Positions 37,401 through 46,433 of a DNA stretch of 51,796 bases are shown in pieces. The stretch is from the NCBI GenBank assembly GCA_964582115.1, contig CAZORR010000003.1, positions 1 through 51,796 of the forward strand, written 5' to 3'. The number at the start of each line of letters is the position of its first letter. The stretch's first letter is position 1. The notes under the pieces were generated by a model. That model did not search any database and was not told the DNA's origin. It was given only the letters and a program-made list of their open reading frames with translations. Both the position numbers and the translations under genes were made by a program. Source of the DNA: an uncultured Pirellulaceae bacterium (GTDB taxonomy: Bacteria > Planctomycetota > Planctomycetia > Pirellulales > Pirellulaceae).

Positions 37401-37899
37401 AGGGACCAAACAGTTGATTGAGTACCTGCGGTACACGACTCCCGGTTATGTTTTTGCTGCCGGAATGCCACCAGCCAACGTCGGTGCTGCGCTGGGGGCG
37501 TTAAGGGTCTTGAAGGAAAAACCAGAACTGGTAGCGAAGCTCCAGAGTAACGCCAGGTTGTTCCTTGAATTGGCGCGTGAAGCCGGGATCGATACGGGAA
37601 TGGCACAAGGCACCGCAATTGTTCCAATCATGACCGGGCATAGTGTTAAAGCACTACGACTATCTGAGGCGTTGTTTCATGACGGAATCAATGCGCAACC
37701 AATTTTGTACCCGGCTGTTCCCGAAAAAGAGACCCGAGTGCGAATCTTCATGACCGCAAAGCACACTGAAGACCAAATTCGAGATTCGGTTAAGAAGATC
37801 GCTAGTCATTGGCAAGCCATCCAAGAAACCGGTGAAGAAAAGTCATTTCGTGCCGTTGAAGAGTCCGGCGGTCCTGATAACGTTGGAATGAAAAGCTAG
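34405..37899 (+). CDS. fatty acyl-AMP ligase-acyl carrier protein-PLP alpha-oxoamine synthase tridomain fusion
   Basis: QYTSGSTGNPKG, WLPLYHDMGL, YGMAET plus FAAL-type insertion, SGDLG, PKTSSGK; ACP LGLDSL; AOS SYNYLGL, HNS, EGLYSMDG, DEAH, GTLSKS. Confidence 0.92.
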   Translation: MSIWIRSLSLPRSSFVVDVEELFRPFSPPETNLLERLRYWAAAMPDRTAYRFLEAGELHNPVELTYAQLDKKARAIAAYLVAQGYAGKRAIMLYDPGLEFLAAFLGCHYAAVTPIPAYPPRRNRNMNRINSISIDAEAAVALTTQTIIKRCEDFVKDSPGLQRIPWLATEAIDSQYADDWVKPNLKPDDLGLIQYTSGSTGNPKGVMITHQNLLANCRLITKSFRMEPVYGTCISWLPLYHDMGLVGGILNPLYCGIEDTLMSPVAFLTRPIRWLRAISKYRGWVSGGPNFAYAWCTMKITPEDCEGLDLSSWKLAFNGAEPVREDVMRQFAEKFEPYGFEYKRFYPCYGMAETTLIVTGGDHKKPPVVRPFDKNEIVQHAVVRVDKDDPNAKMLVGCGAVIDEEEVLIVHPETRRPLPDDKIGEIWINSPSCGAGYWKREQETNETFKARLNPDNGKIYVRSGDLGFMDRGELFVTGRLKDMIIVRGVNRYPQDIEGTVEQCHSLTRSGGAAAFAVSRWDREHLVIYCEIERSERGKIESDKHDVIEAIRASVNDEHDLPPDAIVLVRAYSIPKTSSGKVQRHACKKNFENNLDKHVIARWSAWEESHQADVAPVVAPPVPVDATDDSGLSSIVVNAVIHFVEKVGQDRAKNVTIDTNIVHLGLDSLERLDVAESLQNMFGGRMPEDVLQEVHTVREVAAAIEKYIGSQPVAGAAGIAGAAKNANEASAGSNQRGPVPESYYVLEKMPEYLRLKSIQQDIHDTGIRNPFFSVHEGRISDTTRVDGRELISYASYNYLGLSGLAEVSEFAKSAIDEFGTSVSASRIVSGEKTIHRELESELAAFIGVEDVMTFPGGHACNESVIGHLVGPGDLIIHDSFAHNSIVQGAELSGARRRPFEHNSWRDLNQTLTNIRGDYRRVLIAIEGLYSMDGDYPELQRFVDVKNKHKAWLYVDEAHSIGTLGETGRGIAEVAGVDRKEVELWMGTLSKSLGSCGGFVGGTKQLIEYLRYTTPGYVFAAGMPPANVGAALGALRVLKEKPELVAKLQSNARLFLELAREAGIDTGMAQGTAIVPIMTGHSVKALRLSEALFHDGINAQPILYPAVPEKETRVRIFMTAKHTEDQIRDSVKKIASHWQAIQETGEEKSFRAVEESGGPDNVGMKS

Positions 37900-38229
37900 G
37901 GCTTCAAGTGGTCGCTAAGCATAAGTTCGATTCACTAGAAATAGCTCGCGGCTGACAATTTGTCATTGAGGTTGGAAGCTTAGCCTCAATATTATTGATA
38001 AATGCCTATGTGGGGCTCCATTGACGGGACTGGAATTTCGGTAGAACCGGTAATTTCGAATTTGTGCTACTTCTGTGATTTGAAATGGTTAAAACCCCGA
38101 ATTCTATTGTAGATCTGTCATTCTGAAGTAGTATTGCAGCGGAAGAAAAGTATCAACTGATTCCTTTTGGATGGCCTGAGTATCAATGGGCGCCACTTCG
38201 GAAATCAAGCACAACTCTGGAGAATCTTA

Positions 38230-39675
38230 ATGCTTGTTCGTAATTGGACGCTACTAACCAAACTGTTGTTTTTTTGCACCTGTGCGTTCGTGTTGTCGAT
38301 GGCGTCAGTAGCTTTTGCCCAAGATGATGATGGTGATGGCGGCGACGGTGATGGTGATGGTGGTGGTGGTGGTGACAACGTCGGTGGAGTTTTGATCAGT
38401 GCGGATGGGCTGCTTGCCCGTCGAGCGGCTCCCGACAATGCTAGACAGCTAAACGTACAGCGTTTCAACGCAGCCAAGGCTTCGTTGGAGAAAGACCTGC
38501 AACAGGCCAGTCCGCTTCGGAAGGTTTCGATTAACCGCCTGGAAGCAGAAGTTGCCAAGCTGATCGAAGCTGGAAAACCGGTACCCGCCGATGTTCGATA
38601 CCTTGCTGGTTTAACGAAAATATCTCATGTTTTCTTTTACCCAGAAACACAAGACATTGTTATCGCTGGCCCAGCAGAAGGCTTCTTTTTCAACGCAGAT
38701 AACTTTGTTGTTGGGATGGAATCTGGTCGTGCAACATTGAAATTGGAAGACTTGGTTGTCGCCCTACGAGCATTTGCCCCTGAGGTTAACCAGCCAACGT
38801 TGATCACCTGTTCGATCGATCCGACTCAAGAAGGGCTCGTTCGCCTAAATGGTGTTGTCGGTCAATGGCAAAGACGCTTAAACGCTGGTCAACGTGGCCC
38901 GAATATGGAAAGCCAAATCGTTCAATCCTATATTGAAGCGCTGGGGCCGCAAACTATCACCGTTAAGGGTGTTTCGCCTAAAACAGATTTCGCTCGTGTT
39001 TTGGTCGAAGCGGACTATCGCATGAAATTGATTGGTTTGGAACTTGAGCGACCTGCTGTTCGAGGCATCACTTCGTTTGTTGCCAAGGCAAAGCCGTCAG
39101 GATCTGGCAACGCGTTGCAACGCTGGTTCTTTCAACCAGATTATGATTGTGTCACGATCAATGATGACGACACCGCGATGGAAATTGCTGGCGAAGGAGT
39201 AAAGCTAGTTGGTGAAGATGAGACCGTTGGTGCCGCTGGGCAACGAAAAGGCACTGGTAAGTCGAGTCGCGCCAGCCGAGCGTTCACAAGTAGCTTTACT
39301 AAAACATACGCAAAGCTTGCTGAAGCAAATCCAATTTGGGCCGAACTTCGCAACGTGATCGATGTTTCGATTGCTGCTGCGTTCATTCAAAAAGTAGACT
39401 TGTACAGCAAAGCTGATTGGTCACTGGGCGTATTTGGCGATGAGAGCCTTTTCCCGGTCGAAAATTATAAAGCCGCCACGCAAGTTGCTCCGATCGCCAA
39501 CGCTTACTGGAAGGGCAATCAGTTCATGTCTCCAATCGCTGGCGGTGTTGCCATTCAAGCCAAAATCGCTTTGAATTCGGATCGCGTTACTGTCGATACC
39601 GAAGGGAAACTGAATGAAGTCCGTGACGGAATTGATCTGTCGGGCCTCGAGCCAAACCAATGGTGGTGGGACTAA
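38230..39675 (+). CDS. secreted DUF1598-like protein
   Basis: Signal peptide (AFA-Q), VGGVLISADG, LRKVS..RL, DIVIAGPAE, CSIDPT, VLVEADYRMKLIG, RWFF.P.Y, WWWD end. Confidence 0.8.
   Translation: MLVRNWTLLTKLLFFCTCAFVLSMASVAFAQDDDGDGGDGDGDGGGGGDNVGGVLISADGLLARRAAPDNARQLNVQRFNAAKASLEKDLQQASPLRKVSINRLEAEVAKLIEAGKPVPADVRYLAGLTKISHVFFYPETQDIVIAGPAEGFFFNADNFVVGMESGRATLKLEDLVVALRAFAPEVNQPTLITCSIDPTQEGLVRLNGVVGQWQRRLNAGQRGPNMESQIVQSYIEALGPQTITVKGVSPKTDFARVLVEADYRMKLIGLELERPAVRGITSFVAKAKPSGSGNALQRWFFQPDYDCVTINDDDTAMEIAGEGVKLVGEDETVGAAGQRKGTGKSSRASRAFTSSFTKTYAKLAEANPIWAELRNVIDVSIAAAFIQKVDLYSKADWSLGVFGDESLFPVENYKAATQVAPIANAYWKGNQFMSPIAGGVAIQAKIALNSDRVTVDTEGKLNEVRDGIDLSGLEPNQWWWD
38323..38376 (+). repeat. 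GAT/GGT/GGC low-complexity tract (Asp/Gly linker)
   Basis: Encodes DDDGDGGDGDGDGGGGGD. Confidence 0.7.
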
Positions 39676-39712
39676 CGCTCTAGTGACCACAGATCCGTTT
39701 GACTAACTTATG

Positions 39713-39748
39713 CGGCCAGTTGATACAGAATCAGCTGGCCGTTTTTTT
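39713..39748 (+). terminator. intrinsic terminator
   Basis: CGGCCAGTTGA/TCAGCTGGCCG stem followed by T7. Confidence 0.85.
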
Positions 39749-39951
39749 GTTGGTTGATAGGTTGCGCATTGAAAATAGCCGTTTTCGTGACGACAACGGC
39801 TCCGACCTCTGACTCAGTTTGTTTGGGGCGGCAAGGCAGAATTCATTCTCAATCAGATAACTGTTGGTGCGGCCTGTGAATTCGCTTTTGACGCGTTAGA
39901 ATAAAGTTCGCTGTGAGAAACAAACGCTAGGGTTTAATTCCGAAACATCAA

Positions 39952-40479
39952 GTGAAAACTCTTTTGGACGAACAAGCATTGAACCAAGGCGTCGAAAAAA
40001 TGGCGCAACAGATTAACGATGCATACGGCGACCGCCCACTAACGATCGTGGGAGTGCTGACTGGTAGTGTTGTTCTCATGGCCGACTTGATTCGAAAACT
40101 CAAAATGCCGCTGCGTGTAGGTGTGGTGCAAACCAGTAGCTACGCAGGAACCGAACGAGGCAAGTTGTCGATCAATACCGAAATGATGCTAGACATCACG
40201 GGACAAGATGTATTGCTAATCGATGACATTTTCGACACTGGCAACACGCTTCAAGAAGTCACCCAGCTGATCAGTGATCTTGGTCCAAGCAGTCTTCGGT
40301 CGGCTGTTTTGCTGCTAAAAACTGGGTGCCAAGAAGTTGATTGGCGGCCCGATTTTATCGCCTTCGATATTCCCGACGAATTCGTGGTCGGGTACGGGTT
40401 GGATTACAACGACGTATACCGTAATCTGCCTTATCTTGCTGTGTTGGAGCCAGCTGATATTGAACCACCAGATGTCTAA
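39952..40479 (+). CDS. hpt: hypoxanthine phosphoribosyltransferase
   Basis: VGVLTGS, SSY, VLLIDDIFDTGNTL, FVVGYGLDY, YRNLP. Confidence 0.95.
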   Translation: MKTLLDEQALNQGVEKMAQQINDAYGDRPLTIVGVLTGSVVLMADLIRKLKMPLRVGVVQTSSYAGTERGKLSINTEMMLDITGQDVLLIDDIFDTGNTLQEVTQLISDLGPSSLRSAVLLLKTGCQEVDWRPDFIAFDIPDEFVVGYGLDYNDVYRNLPYLAVLEPADIEPPDV

Positions 40480-40633
40480 CAAGATAATTTGAATCAAGAC
40501 ATAAGTATCTGTCTTGGAAGTTATTTTGCCCCCACATACAAGGCCGTTCCAAAATGATGGCTCGCGAGTGTCTCTGTTTTGAGAGAATAATTTCAACCGA
40601 ACGCAGTCCGTTTGCCAGCTGGTTTTTCCCACT

Positions 40634-41806
40634 ATGAGCACATCCATCCAGCCTTCGCCTGATGCAAGTAAGCCAAAGAAGTTGGCGATTTTGTCGTCTC
40701 GATTTTGGCCATGCTCTGGCAGCGACGAACTGGCTCTTAGTGATTTGGCTCAAGCACTGGCCGAACAAGGACATGAAGTTGAAGTCATTACGCCAGGCTG
40801 GAGTACAGCTTTACCGTCTGCTTTCCGATATCGTAATTTTAATGTGCTGCGAACTTATCGGTCTACTTCTACTCCTTGGGCAGGTTTTCAATATCAAAAA
40901 AACTTATCACGTCATCTTGGTCAGAATCCCGCGGATGGTTTAATTTTCTTCAATGCTTTCTCTGAGTTTACTTACTTAGCGAAGATGTTTGTTGGAAAAA
41001 CGACACTGACCGTCCGCCTACACGATCATGTTCTATTGTCTCCCACCGGGCAAAAGTCCACTAAAAATTGCCGAGTTGGGACGCTTAAACTGGCAGACCG
41101 AGTTTTCGTTGAATCTGAAAGCTCGTTTCAGCTTCTTCAGACTGCCGGGCTGCCAGTTCAAAAACTGGAGGTCGTCCCAGAGGGGATCTTGCCATACGAG
41201 CCACCCCCTCGTGAGTTTGCCAATCAAGCGGTTGCTAGACAGGCCATTGGCCAGGCACACGGTATGTTGACAGTTCATCCAGAGCAACCACTGCTGGTCT
41301 GTGGGGCTCCAATGAATGGCGATCAGGGTGTGCTGGACCTAGTTGACGCTTGGCGAATCGTACTGTCAGAGATACCCGCAGCGAAGCTTTGGATCATCAG
41401 TCAGGGGACTGGGTCGAGAAATGTTTGGGACACAATCACCTCCAAACAAATGATCGATTCGATTATCATGCCCGGGCAGTTTGATAGCTTTGAAGATGTT
41501 TTTCGCGCCGCAGACGGGTACTTGCATCCACTGCGCGGATCGGTACCGTGTTCGATGCTTACCCGAGCGATGATGGCGGGGTTGTGTCCGATTGTGACCG
41601 AGCCAATCGCAGAGTCGCTAGATTTGACGGATGGTTTAAATGTTAATATCGCGGCGCCAAACAACCATAGAAGCTTGGCAAACGCTATCGTAAAAACGAT
41701 TCAAGATCCTGACCAACGAATCCGAACTGGATTGGCGGCAGCTGACTGGGCGTTTAACCGCTTCCACATTTCACAGACTGTTAATCACTACTTAAATGAG
41801 GTTTGA
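40634..41806 (+). CDS. GT4-fold glycosyltransferase-like protein, catalytic motif degenerate
   Basis: RFWP..G.....L..LA..GHEVEV N-terminus, VVPEGI, FRAAD...P...AMMAG; EX7E absent. Confidence 0.75.
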   Translation: MSTSIQPSPDASKPKKLAILSSRFWPCSGSDELALSDLAQALAEQGHEVEVITPGWSTALPSAFRYRNFNVLRTYRSTSTPWAGFQYQKNLSRHLGQNPADGLIFFNAFSEFTYLAKMFVGKTTLTVRLHDHVLLSPTGQKSTKNCRVGTLKLADRVFVESESSFQLLQTAGLPVQKLEVVPEGILPYEPPPREFANQAVARQAIGQAHGMLTVHPEQPLLVCGAPMNGDQGVLDLVDAWRIVLSEIPAAKLWIISQGTGSRNVWDTITSKQMIDSIIMPGQFDSFEDVFRAADGYLHPLRGSVPCSMLTRAMMAGLCPIVTEPIAESLDLTDGLNVNIAAPNNHRSLANAIVKTIQDPDQRIRTGLAAADWAFNRFHISQTVNHYLNEV

Positions 41807-41864
41807 GGGGGAACTCAGCCCTCAACGAAATTTCATCAGGCAATCGAAAAGAGCCCCAACTACT

Positions 41865-43040
41865 GTGAGCCAGCGAATCCTATTTACCGTCGAGCACCTC
41901 TATCCAATGGGGCCCGCTCAAATGCTGTTTACGCTGGCATCGGAACTTTCCGCAGCTGGGAAAGATGTCGTCGTTGCCGTTCTGGGCCAACGTACCAGCG
42001 AAGTTAGTCGCTGGTTGGATGCCAACATCCGCGTGTTTTTTGTCAACGGCGACGACCAAACTCCTTTGCATACGCATCGTGATGCTTTTACCGTTATTCG
42101 CGAGTTGCGAAACCTAGTTCGCCTGGTCGAACCAGACATTCTCCACCCTTGGTGCGGGGACGCAATTTGGTTGACGTTATTGGCGATTCAACCGCTCCCG
42201 TTGACGGCCAGTTTGCCAACAGTTCGTCTGCTGGCAACGGAACTTAACTTGCGTCCCGAGAAGAATTTTCTCCGCTCTCTGTTGGAAGATAAGCTTAGCG
42301 CTCAGATCGAAACACTGATTGTACCGCATGAATTGGTCGCCGATGATCTAGCGGATGAAGGAATCGTTGCGAAACAAACGCGAGTGATCCGCAATGGAGT
42401 CCGCGTAGGTGATTTCTGTCGGGCCGAAGAAAGGCCTGCCATCGTAGACCGCGGTGCCATCAGTCGTCGTGACCTTCGCACATCTGTCCGTCAGTCATTG
42501 TCGCTACCAGCGGAGGCTCGACTGGCGATAACCGTTGCCGACCTGGAACCTCGCACTCGTTTAAAGGACTTAGTTTGGGCAACGGACTTATTGGCTTGTA
42601 TTCGGGAAGACTTTCATTTTGCGATCATTGGTACCGGTGGCCAACTTTGGCGGCTTCAAAAATTTGCTCGACAGACCGAAGCTCGTGACAACGTTCATTT
42701 CTTAGGGCTTCCCGAATCGCCTGAATCATATTTGGCAGCCGCCGATTTCTATTGGAATTCGCATCTTCACAGCCCGCTCGCTGGAACGCTATTGGCGGCC
42801 ATGGCAATGGGAATCCCAGCGATCAGTGTACTCGGGCCGGGCACAGAGGCAATCGTTCAGCACCAAGCAACCGGATTTGCAACGAACTTTGGTGCGCGAG
42901 ATGAATTTGCTCGCTGGACTAAGTATTTGATTGAGCAGACCGAACCAGCCAATCGTTTGGCTCAGCAAGGTCAAGGTCACGTGGTCAAGCATTTCCCATT
43001 CGATCCAATGCTACAGGGGTACTTGGAACTGTACGCCTGA
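41865..43040 (+). CDS. GT4-fold glycosyltransferase-like protein, catalytic motif degenerate
   Basis: PDILH, VIRNGV, IIGTG, VHFLG, LAAAD, AMAMGIP; EX7E absent; GTG 41865 preferred (ORF open from 41796). Confidence 0.75.
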   Translation: MSQRILFTVEHLYPMGPAQMLFTLASELSAAGKDVVVAVLGQRTSEVSRWLDANIRVFFVNGDDQTPLHTHRDAFTVIRELRNLVRLVEPDILHPWCGDAIWLTLLAIQPLPLTASLPTVRLLATELNLRPEKNFLRSLLEDKLSAQIETLIVPHELVADDLADEGIVAKQTRVIRNGVRVGDFCRAEERPAIVDRGAISRRDLRTSVRQSLSLPAEARLAITVADLEPRTRLKDLVWATDLLACIREDFHFAIIGTGGQLWRLQKFARQTEARDNVHFLGLPESPESYLAAADFYWNSHLHSPLAGTLLAAMAMGIPAISVLGPGTEAIVQHQATGFATNFGARDEFARWTKYLIEQTEPANRLAQQGQGHVVKHFPFDPMLQGYLELYA

Positions 43041-43049
43041 TAGGGGTGA

Positions 43050-43124
43050 TTAAGAGCTTATCCCACAACCTTTTCGAGCGACGCATTTTTCTACTTTGTC
43101 GCGAGGTATTGGGATAAGCACTAA
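43050..43124. repeat. MITE-like inverted repeat or bidirectional hairpin between convergent genes
   Basis: GCTTATCCCA (43056-65) and TGGGATAAGC (43110-19) form a perfect 10-bp inverted repeat that extends imperfectly on both sides. Confidence 0.55.
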
Positions 43125-43202
43125 GTGTGTCACAAGAGTTGTCGACACTTGCTGCACGCAGTTACGGAAACTAGCCAAGTGTCAATTCACACCTCCCCTG
43201 CC

Positions 43203-45116
43203 CTAGCAGGATCGTCCGCCTGTTTTATTCAATTGTGTCGACGCAACCTCGTCTTGGTTCAACTGTGGTTCGAGCACGCCTTTGACTTTCGGCCACGCAA
43301 TAGCAGCCTCAATAACCATCCAGACTTGCAGTCCAATCGTGATCAACCCAATCACGCCGGCCAGCCAATTCTTCCCAGTTCCGGACATTAACCAGCCAGA
43401 TTCTGAATCAAACAGTTGCCAAATCAACGCAGCAGCTGGTAACGCGATCATAATCAGGGTTGGAATCAACACGAATCCCACTGGTTTTGAGCGTCGCCAA
43501 AGATAAAACGCGGTCACCAAAAATGCGAAACCTGCCAGCAGCTGATTGGTCGCTCCAAATAGCGGCCACAGCAACATTCCGCCTTGGCCAATTTGCCCTT
43601 TGGCGTTCGGGATCATGGCGATTGCCCCTCCTAATCCGACGGCGACCAACGTTGCGACATACATATTTGTCAGCGGCTGGATTCGTAGGGTGGTTCCTAG
43701 CTCTTGGATCACATAGCGTTGCAACCGCGTCGCCGAATCGAGTGTCGTTGCGGCAAAGCAAGCCACTAGCACCGCGATGATATTGATTCCCATTTTCAGT
43801 GGGATTCCAATCGCCGCCAAGAAGTTGCCACCGCCATCGACGAAGGCACCGATTTTATTTCCAAGTTTAAAATCACTCCACGATTTCGGCTTGATGGTTC
43901 CAGATTGGGAGTCTAACGACTCCAATTGATACGTCTGTCGCCAAGCGGATCGTCCCACAATCGGTTCGCCCTGAGTGTCGCGAACGACTTCGGTCACTTG
44001 CCGAACTTGTCCATCGGCTTGAGTGACATCCTTCGTCTCAAACTTTCCCATGCCCACGCCGGCACAGCAGGCTAAGATTACCATTACTGCAAGGGCAGCT
44101 TCCAGGAGCATTGCACCGTAACCGATTGCCTTCGCGTCGGTTTCGTTTTCTAGTTGCTTGCTACTGGTTCCACTGCTGACCAAGCAATGAAAGCCGCTGA
44201 TCGCTCCACAGGCGATGGTGATGAACAAAAATGGGAAGATAGGCGGCGTACCAACCGGAGTGTCTTGAGTAATGGCGGGTGCCGCAGTGAATAGGTCGGC
44301 ATTACCCCACAGGCAAGCTACAACTAAGCCCGCCGATAGTAATGCCAACGCAACGAACAGTTGATGGCTGTTTACGTAGTCTCGCGGCTGCAGCAACAAC
44401 CACACGGGTAACACCGAAGCGATCGCACAGTAGGTCAATAGAATGACGGTCCAACCAACAATTTGGTTACTGACGAAGGTCAACGTGATCGGTAAAAAAT
44501 AAGCGCCGACATAGATTGCCAAGTAAATCAGAATCAACGATGTAATCGACATTGGCAAAATCATCTGACTCTGCTTTCGAATCGCTAGCCCAAAAGCGAT
44601 TGCGATTGGCAATGAAATCCAAACCGCCAATACGCTCCCAGGATACTTTTGGAAGATCACTGCGATTACCAAACCGAAAATTGCTAACACGACGGTTAAG
44701 GCAAAAAACAAGGCAAACAAAAACAACAGTTTGGCTCGCGGGCTAATCATCCTACCCGCAATTTCTCCGACAGTTTGCCCGCGATTTCTTAGGCTTACAA
44801 CCAACGCCCCGAAGTCGTGTACCGCTCCAATAAAGATGCTGCCAAACACAACCCACAGTAGAGCTGGCAACCAGCCCCAAAAAACGGCGATCGCCGGCCC
44901 CACGATCGGGCCTGTTCCGGCAATACTTGTAAAGTGATGCCCGAAAACCATCGACTTCTTGGAGGGGACAAAATCGATGCCGTCCTCATACTCACAACTA
45001 GGCACTTTTGCGTTGGGATCTAAGTTGAAGACGCTTGTGGCGATCCAACGCCCATAGGTGTGGTAAGCAATGATGAATCCCAAGAAGGATCCGATCGCGA
45101 TCAGCAAGGTATACAA
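43203..45116 (-). CDS. cstA: carbon starvation protein A family transporter
   Basis: GHHFTSIAGTGPIVGP, GAVHDF, LLLQPRDY, TIACGAISGFH, TTLDSATRL, WPLFGATNQLLA. Confidence 0.95.
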   Translation of the reverse strand: MYTLLIAIGSFLGFIIAYHTYGRWIATSVFNLDPNAKVPSCEYEDGIDFVPSKKSMVFGHHFTSIAGTGPIVGPAIAVFWGWLPALLWVVFGSIFIGAVHDFGALVVSLRNRGQTVGEIAGRMISPRAKLLFLFALFFALTVVLAIFGLVIAVIFQKYPGSVLAVWISLPIAIAFGLAIRKQSQMILPMSITSLILIYLAIYVGAYFLPITLTFVSNQIVGWTVILLTYCAIASVLPVWLLLQPRDYVNSHQLFVALALLSAGLVVACLWGNADLFTAAPAITQDTPVGTPPIFPFLFITIACGAISGFHCLVSSGTSSKQLENETDAKAIGYGAMLLEAALAVMVILACCAGVGMGKFETKDVTQADGQVRQVTEVVRDTQGEPIVGRSAWRQTYQLESLDSQSGTIKPKSWSDFKLGNKIGAFVDGGGNFLAAIGIPLKMGINIIAVLVACFAATTLDSATRLQRYVIQELGTTLRIQPLTNMYVATLVAVGLGGAIAMIPNAKGQIGQGGMLLWPLFGATNQLLAGFAFLVTAFYLWRRSKPVGFVLIPTLIMIALPAAALIWQLFDSESGWLMSGTGKNWLAGVIGLITIGLQVWMVIEAAIAWPKVKGVLEPQLNQDEVASTQLNKTGGRSC

Positions 45117-45375
45117 AATCAGCTCGGCTTATCAGAAAAACAGCACCGTAGCCCTTGGCAGCACGTGTGCAATTCGTCGCACACGAGATCGTTTCACTGT
45201 AGAAAGGTCAGCCTGGGCACCATCTAAATTTACCAAATTGTCGCGGCAGTGCCAGCAATGAACATTGGTAATCGTCCGTGTTCGGCTTTTTGTATTAGTG
45301 CTCAACCTTGATCAGCTGAGTAAGCCACGTGTGCGTCAGATTGTCAGAGAGCGTTTTCACACTCTAAACGCCACT

Positions 45376-46083
45376 TTAAGCAGAGACAATATCGCTTTGA
45401 TTAGCGACCGAATCAGGTGACATGATTGGTTTTGGCGCGGTCGCCAGTGCCAAGAACTTGAACGCGACCAACCAAAACAAAACAAACCCAATTAAGGTGA
45501 ACCAATTCGGAATTCGATCGGGACTAGGGCCAGTACCCTCAAACGAAAATGATGGCAAGATGCTTCCGTTGGAAGCCAAGCGAATCTTCTCGGTGCTCTT
45601 AGGGCCAAAGCGTTTCATGAAGTCGTATCCCAACGCAACGCCAAGCTTACCTTCTGGTTTGAAAGAGCTAACTTCAAAGCCCGGGACGATCAATGAGTTC
45701 CCGTTCAAACTGACATCTGTGATCAAGCCCTCCGTTGTGGGATCCTCAATCATTAATTGCAGGCTGGATAAATCAATTTCACTAGTCAGCTGTTGGTTAG
45801 GAGACCAGTCCATGCAAATCGTCAAATTTTCAACTGAATTAATTCCACGGTCGGAAAAGAACTTCCAGAGATCACCCGCCGTCATTTCTCCGTTAGGACA
45901 ATGGTTTAGTACGGCTAAAGCACCTTGGGTCGAACCAGTGTTACATGGAGAGAAATCAAAGTCTCCAACGGTAACTTCGTGTTCATTACCACTAATTACA
46001 ATTTCATCGGCAATCGAATAACTGGCTAAACTGTTACAGATGAACAGGAAAACAGCCAATGCGTTTAACTTGAAGTTGAACAT
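45376..46083 (-). CDS. exported hypothetical protein with C-terminal TM anchor
   Basis: N-terminal signal-like segment; C-terminal WFTLIGFVLFWLVAF helix. Confidence 0.7.
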   Translation of the reverse strand: MFNFKLNALAVFLFICNSLASYSIADEIVISGNEHEVTVGDFDFSPCNTGSTQGALAVLNHCPNGEMTAGDLWKFFSDRGINSVENLTICMDWSPNQQLTSEIDLSSLQLMIEDPTTEGLITDVSLNGNSLIVPGFEVSSFKPEGKLGVALGYDFMKRFGPKSTEKIRLASNGSILPSFSFEGTGPSPDRIPNWFTLIGFVLFWLVAFKFLALATAPKPIMSPDSVANQSDIVSA

Positions 46084-46433
46084 TAATAACCTAACCGAGC
46101 TGTGAATTAAACCGAAGCGGCTTCCCTACCGATTATACTCGATTTAACACTATTTGTCTATTCGGCAGAATCGTTTCGACAATATAATTTGGAAAAGTGG
46201 TCCAGTATTTAATCTGCATACTAAGAATTCAGATTAAACCGTAGATTCCACGGAAAACGAAGAATCCGCTTGTTTGGCCATATTCGCCCTTGAAATACGA
46301 ATGATCGTTAGAGTTTCTGCCGGGAATACTAGTCCTCTGGCTACTATAAGTCCTTAATCCCCCATTGTTGAAAGATTCTCTAGGCTCAGGGTAATTTTTT
46401 TGCGAGCAGCACTTTACTGTGGAAAAAACAACC

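Noticed and set aside
36700..37899. Calling the PLP domain bioF
   Set aside because: It is fused to a long-chain FAAL and ACP and has no biotin genes nearby; substrate cannot be assigned from sequence.
37953..37990. TGACAA-T-TTGTCA palindrome and adjacent hairpin
   Set aside because: Short, single occurrence, and no clear U-tract; could be chance.
39674..39685. ACGCTCTAGTG shared with 50550-50560 downstream of argS
   Set aside because: Only 11 bp and no partner inverted repeat; too weak to call a repeat family.
43125..43202. Small YbdD/YjiX-like gene expected after cstA
   Set aside because: Only a few codons are open after the GGAGG on the minus strand.
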